Below the pieces are notes generated by a model that worked only from the letters and a program-made list of their open reading frames with translations, was not told the DNA's origin and ran no database searches. Source: Chthonomonadales bacterium (GTDB lineage: Bacteria > Armatimonadota > Chthonomonadetes > Chthonomonadales > Chthonomonadaceae). Taken from it: a stretch of DNA of 30,158 nt. The position numbers were made by a program, and so were the translations under genes. Positions 1 to 8,658 of this stretch are shown one piece after another. The stretch spans positions 1 to 30,158 of the forward strand of contig JBBQPO010000038.1 of the NCBI GenBank assembly GCA_038217285.1, written 5' to 3'. Each line of letters begins with the position of its first letter. The first letter of the stretch is position 1.

Positions 1-139
1 CGTGGGAGATTTGCTCTGCCACCAGATCGCTCCTGCGCCGTTGGTTCCTCCGAAACGAAGAGGGCGTCCACCTGGAAAAACAGGGGCCAGGGAAACGAAA
101 GGAGGTATGGCCAGTGTCACCGTTTAATGCAGCACTACC
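1..139 (+). mobile_element. 3' (right) end of a probable IS1-family insertion sequence, truncated by the window start
   Basis: Read inward from 139 the end is GGTAGTGCTGCATTAA (139-124), resembling the IS1 terminal repeat GGTGATGCTGCC. Bases 68-141 are the exact reverse complement of 30085-30158, so the element is multicopy. Confidence 0.7.
2..127 (+). CDS. C-terminal fragment of a probable IS1-family transposase (partial)
   Basis: Frame 2 reads VGDLLCHQIAPAPLVPPKRRGRPPGKTGARETKGGMASVTV*. The TAA stop (125-127) lies inside the terminal repeat. The VxxLL...PPKRRGRP tail resembles C-termini I associate with IS1-like transposases. No catalytic residues are visible. Confidence 0.55.
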   Translation: MGDLLCHQIAPAPLVPPKRRGRPPGKTGARETKGGMASVTV

Positions 140-169
140 GCTGCAAATAGCGACCATAAGGTAATCAGC

Positions 170-198
170 ATTATAGCGCACCCGCCTACGTGCGTCAA
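170..198 (-). promoter_or_regulatory. sigma70-type promoter pointing left into the IS end
   Basis: Minus strand TTGACG (198-193), 17-bp spacer, TATAAT (175-170). Confidence 0.75.
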
Positions 199-500
199 GT
201 ATTTCCGGACAGGGCTCAGGGTCAGCGCATCTAATTTTTCGCATCTCGTGAGATCAAAGCCGGACTCCAATTGGTGATTTCTCGCGAAACTCAGGGAACT
301 GTCTAAACCGATTTTTTGAGATTAACAGACCATGTCTAGCGACCAATTTTACTTGTTGATACTCACTAAATCGAATTTAGATGCGCCAGCCCTGCACATC
401 TACCGAAACGTAGCGGCAAACGTCTCGTATTGCATGATGAGGCGCTGTGTTTGCCGCGCTGTGAAATAGCGTTGTCCGCTCCTCAGAAAGCGATGACGCT

Positions 501-1403
501 GTGCAAAACCAACTTCTGACCGAAGAAGAAACCATCCCCGAACAGATCGCGACCGCTCCTACAGCGACACCGGTGGAACTGGCAACCGACGCGACGCAAA
601 CCACGCAGCACACGCAGGCTGTTCAGGAGTGGCTGGCGAAAATCCAGAAGCAGGCCTATCGCGATAAGAAGATGTTCTGGGGGTTCTTCGCCTTCTTTCA
701 AATGTTCCTCTTCGTTCCCATCGCCCTGAGCAATACCCTTGCAAGCGTACGGAACGATCACCTCAATATGGCGTGGCTCGCGATGCTATGTCTGCCCACA
801 TTCGGGATGGTGGCTCTGGGTCTGAGGTTCGCGTTTAGGAAGCCGGAGTGGAATGCCGAGGAGATGACGCAGATCGGCGGAGTGCGGGCCGTCGGGGCGT
901 TGCTGGAACTCCTTGGCACGCCCAAAGGACCGAGGCAATTAAAGCCGCTGTTTGTCGCACTCATCCAACTGCTGCCGCAAATGAAGGCCAGCGACGCCGG
1001 ACTGCTGACAACAGGACAGCGGAAACTACTCTACACCTTACTCAAAAGCGGGCTGAATATCTACGCAAAGCCCGATCTCCTGCTCCAGTATCGCCTCGCA
1101 ATTCTCAAAGCGCTGGAACAGATCGGCGACGCCGACGCCATCCCGATTGTCGAGCATCTTGCGAATGGGAAAGCACATACTCCCTATCAAAAGGAGCTCA
1201 AAGCGGCGGCAATCGAGTGTCTGCCCCTATTGTTGATTAACTTTACCGAGGTGGAGGCCACGAAGTCGCTGCTGCGCCCCTCCTCGTCGGAAAACCCCGC
1301 GCCCGAAACACTGTTGCGTCCGTTCGCATTTACGCCCGATGCGAACCCCAAACAACTTCTCCACTCTGCAGAGATGCCTTCTCCATTGCCACCAACGTCG
1401 TGA
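501..1403 (+). CDS. Membrane-anchored HEAT-repeat-like hypothetical protein
   Basis: 300-aa ORF with GTG start. Two hydrophobic segments (MFWGFFAFFQMFLFVPIAL; MAWLAMLCLPTFGMVALGL) precede HEAT-like helices (AILKALEQIGDADAIPIVEHLA). The tail has a repeated LLRP motif. Confidence 0.7.
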   Translation: MQNQLLTEEETIPEQIATAPTATPVELATDATQTTQHTQAVQEWLAKIQKQAYRDKKMFWGFFAFFQMFLFVPIALSNTLASVRNDHLNMAWLAMLCLPTFGMVALGLRFAFRKPEWNAEEMTQIGGVRAVGALLELLGTPKGPRQLKPLFVALIQLLPQMKASDAGLLTTGQRKLLYTLLKSGLNIYAKPDLLLQYRLAILKALEQIGDADAIPIVEHLANGKAHTPYQKELKAAAIECLPLLLINFTEVEATKSLLRPSSSENPAPETLLRPFAFTPDANPKQLLHSAEMPSPLPPTS

Positions 1404-1468
1404 GACCGCACCTGAGGCGGCCAAGACCTCTACGCCCTCTGCCAACCACACGAAAATCTGTATCGGTC

Positions 1469-1497
1469 TTGACAGTCCAGCATGGGTGTGCTAAGAT
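1469..1497 (+). promoter_or_regulatory. sigma70 promoter of the LacI-PhyH operon
   Basis: TTGACA (1469-1474), 17 bp, TAAGAT (1492-1497), with extended -10 TG. Confidence 0.75.
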
Positions 1498-1509
1498 GAC
1501 GTCACTTAG

Positions 1510-1534
1510 TGAAATGTTTCAGTGAAATGTTTCA
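1510..1534. promoter_or_regulatory. Tandem LacI-type operators
   Basis: Two identical copies of TGAAATGTTTCA (1510-1521, 1523-1534). Each is one mismatch from the LacI-family palindrome TGAAACGTTTCA. They lie just downstream of the promoter and upstream of a LacI gene. Confidence 0.75.
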
Positions 1535-1562
1535 TGTCTGTTTTTGGCAAGGAGGGGCGAGA

Positions 1563-2678
1563 GTGCGGCAGTTCCGAAAATCGACGATCAAAGAGGTGGC
1601 AGCGCGTTCCGGAGTTTCTACAACGACTGTCTCCAACTTCGTCAGCGGCAACGTCAGCGTCTGCTCGCCGGAAACCGCAGAGCGCATCCGCGGAGCGATT
1701 GCGGAGTTGCAGTACGTGCCCAGTTCCCTCACACGCGGCTTGCGTCAGCGTACTGCCAGGACCATTGGCGTCTGCCTGCCCAGTCCGCTGGATCCGGACG
1801 TCTCCTTTGGGTTTTCCTTCCTGGAAGGCCTGTGGCGCGGCATTGTGAAGGCCGCCGACCTGGCCGACTACGCGCTTCTCCACTACCCTGTCTCCGTTCG
1901 GGAGAGCGAAAGCAGCAACGCGTTTTTGGACGGACGCGTGGATGGAGTTCTCCTCGGCGCACGGGACAATATTCGGGCAGCGCAACTCGCCGCCGCCGGA
2001 ATGCCGACGATTCTGCTGACCCGATCCGTGGATATCTCGGAGGGATGCGGCGCCGTCTGGGCGAATGAGGCGGATACGCTCGCATTGTCGCTCAACAGTC
2101 TCTGGAAAGGGGGGCACAGACGTATCGCCCACATCGCGGGGCCGGTAGGCTCGATGGCGGGCAGCTATGCGAACGATACCCGCCCTGCGGCAGATATCGC
2201 TGTCAGGCGGCTCGAGGCCTATATGGTATGGATGCGGGCGCATGACGCCTATGACCCGTCTCTGATCGCCTTCGCACAGGGATGGTCCGCACCCCGAGCA
2301 GGAGAGAGCCTTACCCGGTGGCGCGCGCAGGCAGTTCCGCCTACGGCAGTCGTCTGTGCGAACGATGCCCAGGCTCTGGATCTCATGGCGGCAGCGCACC
2401 ACGCGGGCATGACGGTGCCGGACGATCTTTCGATTGTCGGGGTGGATAATTCGCCGGAAGCCTGCCGCGCGCGCCCTGAACTTGCCAGTGTCGAAGTGCC
2501 GCTGGAGGCCATTGGCTCCGAATCGGTGCGAGCGCTGATGCGACTCTTCGAGGGGGCCCCGGTGGAACAGTGCCGCATCGCGATTCCGGTCACGGAGTTT
2601 CTGATGCGTGGAAGCATCGCCCCGGTCTCATCCGAATCGAAGGGGCACAAGGGAGGAACAGCAGATGTCGTTAAATGA
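1563..2678 (+). CDS. LacI-family transcriptional regulator
   Basis: HTH motif TIKEVAARSGVSTTTVS and periplasmic-binding-like domain (PPTAVVCAND, VPDDLSIVGVD). Start moved to GTG 1563 because of the AGGAGG SD. Confidence 0.93.
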   Translation: MRQFRKSTIKEVAARSGVSTTTVSNFVSGNVSVCSPETAERIRGAIAELQYVPSSLTRGLRQRTARTIGVCLPSPLDPDVSFGFSFLEGLWRGIVKAADLADYALLHYPVSVRESESSNAFLDGRVDGVLLGARDNIRAAQLAAAGMPTILLTRSVDISEGCGAVWANEADTLALSLNSLWKGGHRRIAHIAGPVGSMAGSYANDTRPAADIAVRRLEAYMVWMRAHDAYDPSLIAFAQGWSAPRAGESLTRWRAQAVPPTAVVCANDAQALDLMAAAHHAGMTVPDDLSIVGVDNSPEACRARPELASVEVPLEAIGSESVRALMRLFEGAPVEQCRIAIPVTEFLMRGSIAPVSSESKGHKGGTADVVK

Positions 2679-3546
2679 GGAGCAGATACGAGCCTTTCGC
2701 GAGGAGGGCGTTCTCGTCGCCGAAGGGCTGTTGACCGAGGCGGACATCGCGCCGATGATCTGCGAATACGCGGACTGGATTGATCGGCGCGCCCAGGTAC
2801 TGTTGGCGGAGAGCAAAATCACCGACCTCTGTGAACAGGAGCCCTTCGCCAGGAGGACGGCCTGCCTTTACGCGCAGTCACCGGAGATTATCCGTGGCAT
2901 GGACATCATGCAGGCGCGCGGGAGCGCCACCTTCGCTTTTCTGAGCAATGCGCGCCTGCTGGACGCGGTGGAGGCGCTCATTGGGCCCGAGATCACCTGT
3001 AATCCGATCCAGCATATTCGCGCCAAGCCGCCTGCCTCCCATTCCGGCGCGGGCACGGGGTTCTTCAACGTTCCCTGGCATCAGGATGCAGGCGTCGCTT
3101 GGGAAGAGGCAGACGCCTCGGACATCCTGACCTGCTGGGTCGCGTTGACGGATGCCACGGTCGAGAATGGGTGCATGGAGGTTTTGCCCGGTGTCTGGAA
3201 GCAGGGCTACCTGGAGCACCTGGCGGAAGGCGGCACGACCATCCGTCCGGATCTCATGCCGGACGTGACGCCGCGTCCTGCCTCAGTGCGCAAGGGCGGC
3301 GTCGTTTTCATGCACCGCTACACGCCTCATCGCTCCACACCCAACTACAGTGAAGACGTACGCTGGAGCATCGACCTGCGCTACCAGCCAACCGGACAGC
3401 CGACGGGCCGCCCCTTCCATCCGGATTTTGTTGCCCGGAGCCGCCGCCGTCCCGAAACTGTTCTCACCGATCATAGCGAATGGGCGCGTCGATGGGAAGA
3501 GGCGCTCGTTGCGTCCGAGGGCGTAAAGTGGCACCGAACGAAGTAG
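2665..3546 (+). CDS. Phytanoyl-CoA dioxygenase (PhyH) family Fe(II)/2-oxoglutarate oxygenase
   Basis: PWHQD (HxD), WVALTDATVENGCM, distal His in PHRS..N...RWS. ATG 2665 follows a GGAGG SD and overlaps the LacI stop. Confidence 0.9.
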   Translation: MSLNEEQIRAFREEGVLVAEGLLTEADIAPMICEYADWIDRRAQVLLAESKITDLCEQEPFARRTACLYAQSPEIIRGMDIMQARGSATFAFLSNARLLDAVEALIGPEITCNPIQHIRAKPPASHSGAGTGFFNVPWHQDAGVAWEEADASDILTCWVALTDATVENGCMEVLPGVWKQGYLEHLAEGGTTIRPDLMPDVTPRPASVRKGGVVFMHRYTPHRSTPNYSEDVRWSIDLRYQPTGQPTGRPFHPDFVARSRRRPETVLTDHSEWARRWEEALVASEGVKWHRTK

Positions 3547-3689
3547 AGAGGCAGTTAACTGGTCTGCGGCATCGGGTTCTTCTGCAAAGCCGCGACTTGA
3601 CCGACCGCAGCCGAACTGTTTGCGTCGCAATCGCGGCACCGCCTGCGTGTCTATCACTACCGGCGGCAGCGATAACTTAGGAGGGATGA

Positions 3690-5825
3690 ATGCACACGAG
3701 ACAGAGTGGTTTGCTGCACCGTTCGCTTCTGGCATCTCTTTGGTCGGCTCTCGTGCTGATGCCTGCCCTTTTGCCCGTGGCGGGACGCGCGCAGAGCAGC
3801 CCGCCGCCAGCCGGGTACGACGATCATCAGAATATGATGGAGCAACTGGGCCTCAAGGCGATCCGGCGGGGACCCAATCCCAACGACCAGTCCACCTTCG
3901 ACGAAGCGAACGCGAACCCCTACAAGGAGAGCATGCCAGTTGTGCTTCTCTTGAAGGACGGAACGAAGGTGACGAAAGCCAGGCAGTGGCCGAAGCGCCG
4001 CGCGGAGATTCTGGATGATTTCGAGCGTGAAGTCTATGGCAGAATTCCACAAAACGTCCCGAATGTGACCTGGGAAGTCACCTCCACAACCCCTGGCCAA
4101 TCCGGCAGCATCGCTACCGTCACCAAGACTCTCATTGGGCATGTCGATAACACTGCTTACCCGCAAATATCCGTCAACATTCGCGCGAGCTTCACCGTTC
4201 CTGCCAGCGCCAGGAAGTCCGTTCCGATCATGATCGAGTTCGATTTCGGGTTCGGTCGCCCTGGATTCGTGCCCGCCTGGAAGCAACTGGCGATCTCCAA
4301 AGGCTGGGGATATGGACAGATCGTCCCGACTAGCATCCAGCCTGACAACAATCAGTTGAGAACCGGTATTATTGGATTGACCAACAAGGGCCAGCCACGG
4401 AAGCCGGACGACTGGGGAGCGTTGCGCGCATGGCAGTGGGGCGTGAGCCGCATGATCGACTACTTCGAGCAGCATCGTGACTCCGGCGTCGACCCGAAAA
4501 AGGTGGGCATCGAGGGCCTTTCTCGTTATGGCAAGGCTGCCATCGTCACAGAGGCGTTCGATACGCGGATTGCTGTCGGCTTGATCGGCTCCTCCGGCGA
4601 AGGAGGCGTCAAACTGCACCGGCATCTGTTCGGCGAGGCGGTTGAAAACCTGGCCGGAGGCGAGTACTACTGGATGGCGGGCAACTTCATCAAGTACGGC
4701 GCTTCCGACCCTGCGCACACGGCTGCCGATCTACCGGTGGATTCACATGAACTGATCGCTCTGTGCGCACCGCGGCCATGTTTCATCAGTTACGGAACGG
4801 TAGAGCATGGCGATGCCAAGTGGGTGGATGCCCACGGCAGTTTCATGGCGGCGGTTCTTGCCGGACCGGTCTATCGGCTCCTGGGCAAGAAAGACCTCGG
4901 CACTTCCGGCGACTATTTGACCGATCCCATGCCTCCGGTGAAGACGCAGATCGGAGGCGAACTGGCCTGGCGGCAGCATGAAGGCGGCCATGAAGTGACG
5001 CAGAACTGGCCCGCATTTTTCGACTGGGTGCAGCGCTATGTGAAGGCTCCGCCCGTTCGAGAAGGGCCCGCCGACCGTACCCGTCGGGCTGCGACGGAAA
5101 TTCCCACACCGCGCAACGATGCGAATTCGGCGCTCGCGCATGCCCAGCTTGTTGCGAAAGCCCGACAGGGTGGGATCGATGTTTACTTCGTCGGCGATTC
5201 CATTGTACGACGTTGGGGAGCCAGCGATCCCCAGTACGCAGAGTTGCTGCGGAACTGGAACGCGAACTTCTATGGCTGGAACGCAGGCGACTTTGGCTGG
5301 GGAGCGGACAGAATCGAGAACGTCCTGTGGAGGCTGGAAAACGGCGAACTGGATGGCGTGAACCCCAAAGTCATCGTCCTTCTAGCGGGAACCAACAACA
5401 TCGCGACGATGCCGGCCGATGCCTCAAAAGCCCCCGAAGTTACCCAGGGAATCATGGCCATTCTGCGCCTATGCAGAGCGAAAGCTCCACGGGCCACAAT
5501 CATTGTCACCGCTCTGTTTCCCCGCAACGACAACATGGCTCTGCTTCCGATCATAGATCGCGTCAATACGAGCCTGACACAACTGGCGGATGGAAAGACC
5601 ATCCGCTTTCTGAATGTCAACGACAGGCTGGCGGACAGGGAAGGGCGACTGTTTGAAGGCATGATGAACGCTGGAGACAAACTGCATCCTACCGTCAAGG
5701 GATATCAGGTGTGGGCAGACGGTCTGAAGCCGATGCTCATCGAACTGTTGGGACCGCCCGCTTCCACGGACCATGCCCCTCCACCCACCGGGGAGCCGAG
5801 CGTTTTAACGATTCTACGTCGCTAA
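3690..5825 (+). CDS. Secreted esterase: CE15 glucuronoyl-esterase-like domain fused to an SGNH/GDSL hydrolase
   Basis: Signal peptide. GLSRYGK nucleophile elbow, GALRAWQWG, LIALCAPRP and HEGGH in the N-terminal domain. FVGDS, GTNN and DKLHP SGNH blocks in the C-terminal domain. Confidence 0.8.
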   Translation: MHTRQSGLLHRSLLASLWSALVLMPALLPVAGRAQSSPPPAGYDDHQNMMEQLGLKAIRRGPNPNDQSTFDEANANPYKESMPVVLLLKDGTKVTKARQWPKRRAEILDDFEREVYGRIPQNVPNVTWEVTSTTPGQSGSIATVTKTLIGHVDNTAYPQISVNIRASFTVPASARKSVPIMIEFDFGFGRPGFVPAWKQLAISKGWGYGQIVPTSIQPDNNQLRTGIIGLTNKGQPRKPDDWGALRAWQWGVSRMIDYFEQHRDSGVDPKKVGIEGLSRYGKAAIVTEAFDTRIAVGLIGSSGEGGVKLHRHLFGEAVENLAGGEYYWMAGNFIKYGASDPAHTAADLPVDSHELIALCAPRPCFISYGTVEHGDAKWVDAHGSFMAAVLAGPVYRLLGKKDLGTSGDYLTDPMPPVKTQIGGELAWRQHEGGHEVTQNWPAFFDWVQRYVKAPPVREGPADRTRRAATEIPTPRNDANSALAHAQLVAKARQGGIDVYFVGDSIVRRWGASDPQYAELLRNWNANFYGWNAGDFGWGADRIENVLWRLENGELDGVNPKVIVLLAGTNNIATMPADASKAPEVTQGIMAILRLCRAKAPRATIIVTALFPRNDNMALLPIIDRVNTSLTQLADGKTIRFLNVNDRLADREGRLFEGMMNAGDKLHPTVKGYQVWADGLKPMLIELLGPPASTDHAPPPTGEPSVLTILRR

Positions 5826-6068
5826 TTCCGCGTGATTCATCCATCGGGATACAGCGACATCCTATTTTTAAGCCGCCCTTTGTCTTCGTACCGCGCATGA
5901 CGCTGCGCGCTTTCACCGATCCAGAGGCGGCACAGAAGGCTGCCCCCTATATTTTACCGCGTTGTCGGAGGCGGTTCATCACCGGGCTGGCCAGATGGCC
6001 CTGACGTTCGACTCGGTCAGCTTGTATGGCTTTACGCACGTAACACGGGTCTTTAAGCTCAAAACCTA

Positions 6069-6097
6069 TTGACGTTACGCGTTTTTTAGCCTATAAT
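6069..6097 (+). promoter_or_regulatory. sigma70 promoter giving a probably leaderless PBP mRNA
   Basis: TTGACG (6069-6074), 17 bp, TATAAT (6092-6097). The ATG starts at 6104 after a 6-bp gap, with no SD. Confidence 0.8.
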
Positions 6098-6103
6098 GAC
6101 GGT

Positions 6104-8569
6104 ATGGCAAACCGTACTTCCCGCTCGAATGCCAGTACATCCGGCACCCGTTCCCACACTCGGCGCAACGTCACCGTGAGTAGTCCCAAGAAGCGGATCA
6201 AAAATCTGTTCGCTCTGGTTATGCTCGCTCTGATGACGCTTGTCGCGCTGGGGTTGGTCGGATTCCTCGTCGTATTCTGGCGTTTTTCGGCCGAACTGCC
6301 GGGCATCGAAGCCGTAACCGCCGAGATCAAAGGCCCCGTTCCCACGACCGTTTTTTCGGAGGACGGAGTGCTGCTGGCGAAGTTGGATGTCGTCAATCAG
6401 CAGCCTGTCGCTCTGGGCCAGATCCCCAAAAATCTGATCGATGCGACAGTCGCGATTGAGGATCACCGTTTCTGGGATCACCCCGGCATCGATATACAGG
6501 GTATCGGCAGAGCGGTCGTCGCCAACCTGCGCGGCAGCGGACTGCACCAGGGCGCGAGCACCCTCACCCAACAGTTCGTGCGGCAGCCGGAAGTCTCTCG
6601 CTCTCTCAACCCCACCGCCTCTCAGGACAACCGGTTCGGTCTGTCCGGCGACAAGAAATACTCCCGGAAAATTCGTGAAGCGCTGATCGCCCTCCGAATC
6701 GAACAGATCTATTCGAAAAAAGAGATCCTTCAACTCTATCTCAACAATGTCTACTACGGCTCCGGGGCCTACGGCGTGGAAGCCGCCTCTCAGACCTATT
6801 TCGGGAAAGCGGCGGAGAAACTTACGCTGGCCGAAGCTGCCCTGCTGGCCGGCCTCCCGCAGCGCCCGAGCCGATTTACGCCTTTCGATCACCTCAAGTC
6901 GGCGCTGAAGCGCCGGGATGAGGTTCTGAACGCCATGCAGACCTACCGCTACATCACCCCCGTGGACTGCGAAGAGGCCAAAGGCGATACTCCGAAACTC
7001 GCGCCGCAACCGGATCATAAGCTTCAGGTGTTCAAAGCGCCTTACTTCACCACCTACGTGCTCGAACAGATACGCAAGAAGTATGGGCAGGACTATCTCT
7101 ACAGCGGCCTCAAAATCGAAACCACGCTGAATTTCAAGATGCAGAAGATGGCGGAAGCGGCGCTTGAACATGGGATCAAGAACGCCAACAACGGCGCCAA
7201 TCAGGGCGCCATTGTCTCGCTGGACAACAAGACAGGCTATATTCGGGCGTTGGTCGGCGGCCGCAGCTATCGTGCCAGTCGTTTCAACGCCGTCACCCAG
7301 GGGCGGCGGCAGCCGGGTTCCGCCTTCAAAGCCTTTGTCTACAGTGCGGCTTTCGACACCGATACGTACAAACTGGAAGATTCACTGCCCGATACCTATT
7401 TCGCCTATCCGGGGGATCCGAAACATCGCGGCGTGAAAGGGGAGACAGACCGGACGCTCGACTTCGCCACGGCGATCGCCCTCTCCTCCAACTCGATTGC
7501 AGTGCAGGTGGCCTCGAAGGTAGGCATTCGCACCGTGATCCAGTATGCGCACAAAATGGGGATCACCACACGCCTCGATCCGTACCTGCCGACGGCCATC
7601 GGCGCGAGCGCCGTGCGCCCGCTCGATATCTGCTCCGCCTATTCTATCTTTCCCATGAACGGCAACCGGGCGCATCCGATGTCGGTCGTTCGCATCACCG
7701 ACGGCAACGGCAACATCATCGAAGAGAACACGCCGGACATCGAAACCAATATCCTCAAGCAGAGCACTGTCGATCAGATAAACACGGCGTTCGACGCGGT
7801 GGTCCAGCGTGGGACCGGTGTGGCGGCGCGCGGCAACGAACAGAGCGGGATCGTCGAGAATGCGCGGGGCAAAACAGGCACGACCAATGACAGCCGTGAT
7901 GTCTGGTTTGTAGGCTATACGCCGGAATTGACGACCGCCATCTGGGTTGCGAACGTGAAAGTCGGGGGCAAGGGACGGAAGCGGTACCTCTACCGAGAGA
8001 TGCCCGGAGCGTTCGGAGGCACGGTATGCGCTCCAATCTGGCACGACTTCATGCTCAAAGCCGTGCCCGAAGAGCGTAAGTTCCGCCTGCTGGTCACGGA
8101 CGCGACGGTAGGGCCTCCGGAAGACCCGAATCAGACCGTGGGTGACGAGAAGCCGCGACCTCCACGGATAAAAAAGAAGCCGATCATCGTCAAACCAACT
8201 CCTTCCACAACAGGCGACACTGGATCTACAAACCCGGACAACAGTGGAGACATGATGCCGGACCCTCCCGGTACCGGCGAGACGGCGCCTCCGACGACCC
8301 CCGTCGATCCCCTGCCGCCGGACGGAGGAACCGATCCGGCGCGCGGTGGCACGGCCGAACCTTCGACGCCGTCTCCACCTACGACCCGTAACGCTGTTCC
8401 GCCGCGTTCGACGCAGCCGGAACTGGTGAGTGTCCAGGTCTGTGTCGAGAGCGGAGCAAGAGCTGGAAAGTGGTGTCCGACGTCGAAGGTTGTCCGAGTC
8501 ACCGCAGCCGAAGCCGCGAAAATGCACCGATGTACCCTGCACAAGCCACCGCCGGGTGAAACAGAATAG
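6104..8569 (+). CDS. Class A penicillin-binding protein (PBP1A family, transglycosylase-transpeptidase)
   Basis: N-terminal TM. GT51 motifs EDHRF, GASTLTQQ, RKIRE, YLN. Transpeptidase SAFK, SSN, KTG. Pro/Thr-rich linker and Cys/His C-terminal motif. Confidence 0.95.
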   Translation: MANRTSRSNASTSGTRSHTRRNVTVSSPKKRIKNLFALVMLALMTLVALGLVGFLVVFWRFSAELPGIEAVTAEIKGPVPTTVFSEDGVLLAKLDVVNQQPVALGQIPKNLIDATVAIEDHRFWDHPGIDIQGIGRAVVANLRGSGLHQGASTLTQQFVRQPEVSRSLNPTASQDNRFGLSGDKKYSRKIREALIALRIEQIYSKKEILQLYLNNVYYGSGAYGVEAASQTYFGKAAEKLTLAEAALLAGLPQRPSRFTPFDHLKSALKRRDEVLNAMQTYRYITPVDCEEAKGDTPKLAPQPDHKLQVFKAPYFTTYVLEQIRKKYGQDYLYSGLKIETTLNFKMQKMAEAALEHGIKNANNGANQGAIVSLDNKTGYIRALVGGRSYRASRFNAVTQGRRQPGSAFKAFVYSAAFDTDTYKLEDSLPDTYFAYPGDPKHRGVKGETDRTLDFATAIALSSNSIAVQVASKVGIRTVIQYAHKMGITTRLDPYLPTAIGASAVRPLDICSAYSIFPMNGNRAHPMSVVRITDGNGNIIEENTPDIETNILKQSTVDQINTAFDAVVQRGTGVAARGNEQSGIVENARGKTGTTNDSRDVWFVGYTPELTTAIWVANVKVGGKGRKRYLYREMPGAFGGTVCAPIWHDFMLKAVPEERKFRLLVTDATVGPPEDPNQTVGDEKPRPPRIKKKPIIVKPTPSTTGDTGSTNPDNSGDMMPDPPGTGETAPPTTPVDPLPPDGGTDPARGGTAEPSTPSPPTTRNAVPPRSTQPELVSVQVCVESGARAGKWCPTSKVVRVTAAEAAKMHRCTLHKPPPGETE

Positions 8570-8658
8570 GCAAAGACTCCGGGTGCCCCTGGTCGACCGT
8601 CTTACCGCGCAGTAATCGCGGCGTATAGCCCCTAGAGATAAGATGTTAGGAAAATGGA

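Noticed and set aside
98-127. AAAGGAGGT followed by ATG and a 6-codon mini-ORF; also considered an IS110 bridge-RNA end or group II intron
   Set aside because: The SD abuts the ATG and the codons are the in-frame tail of the transposase-like ORF. The terminus fits IS1-type repeats and lacks group II intron boundary motifs.
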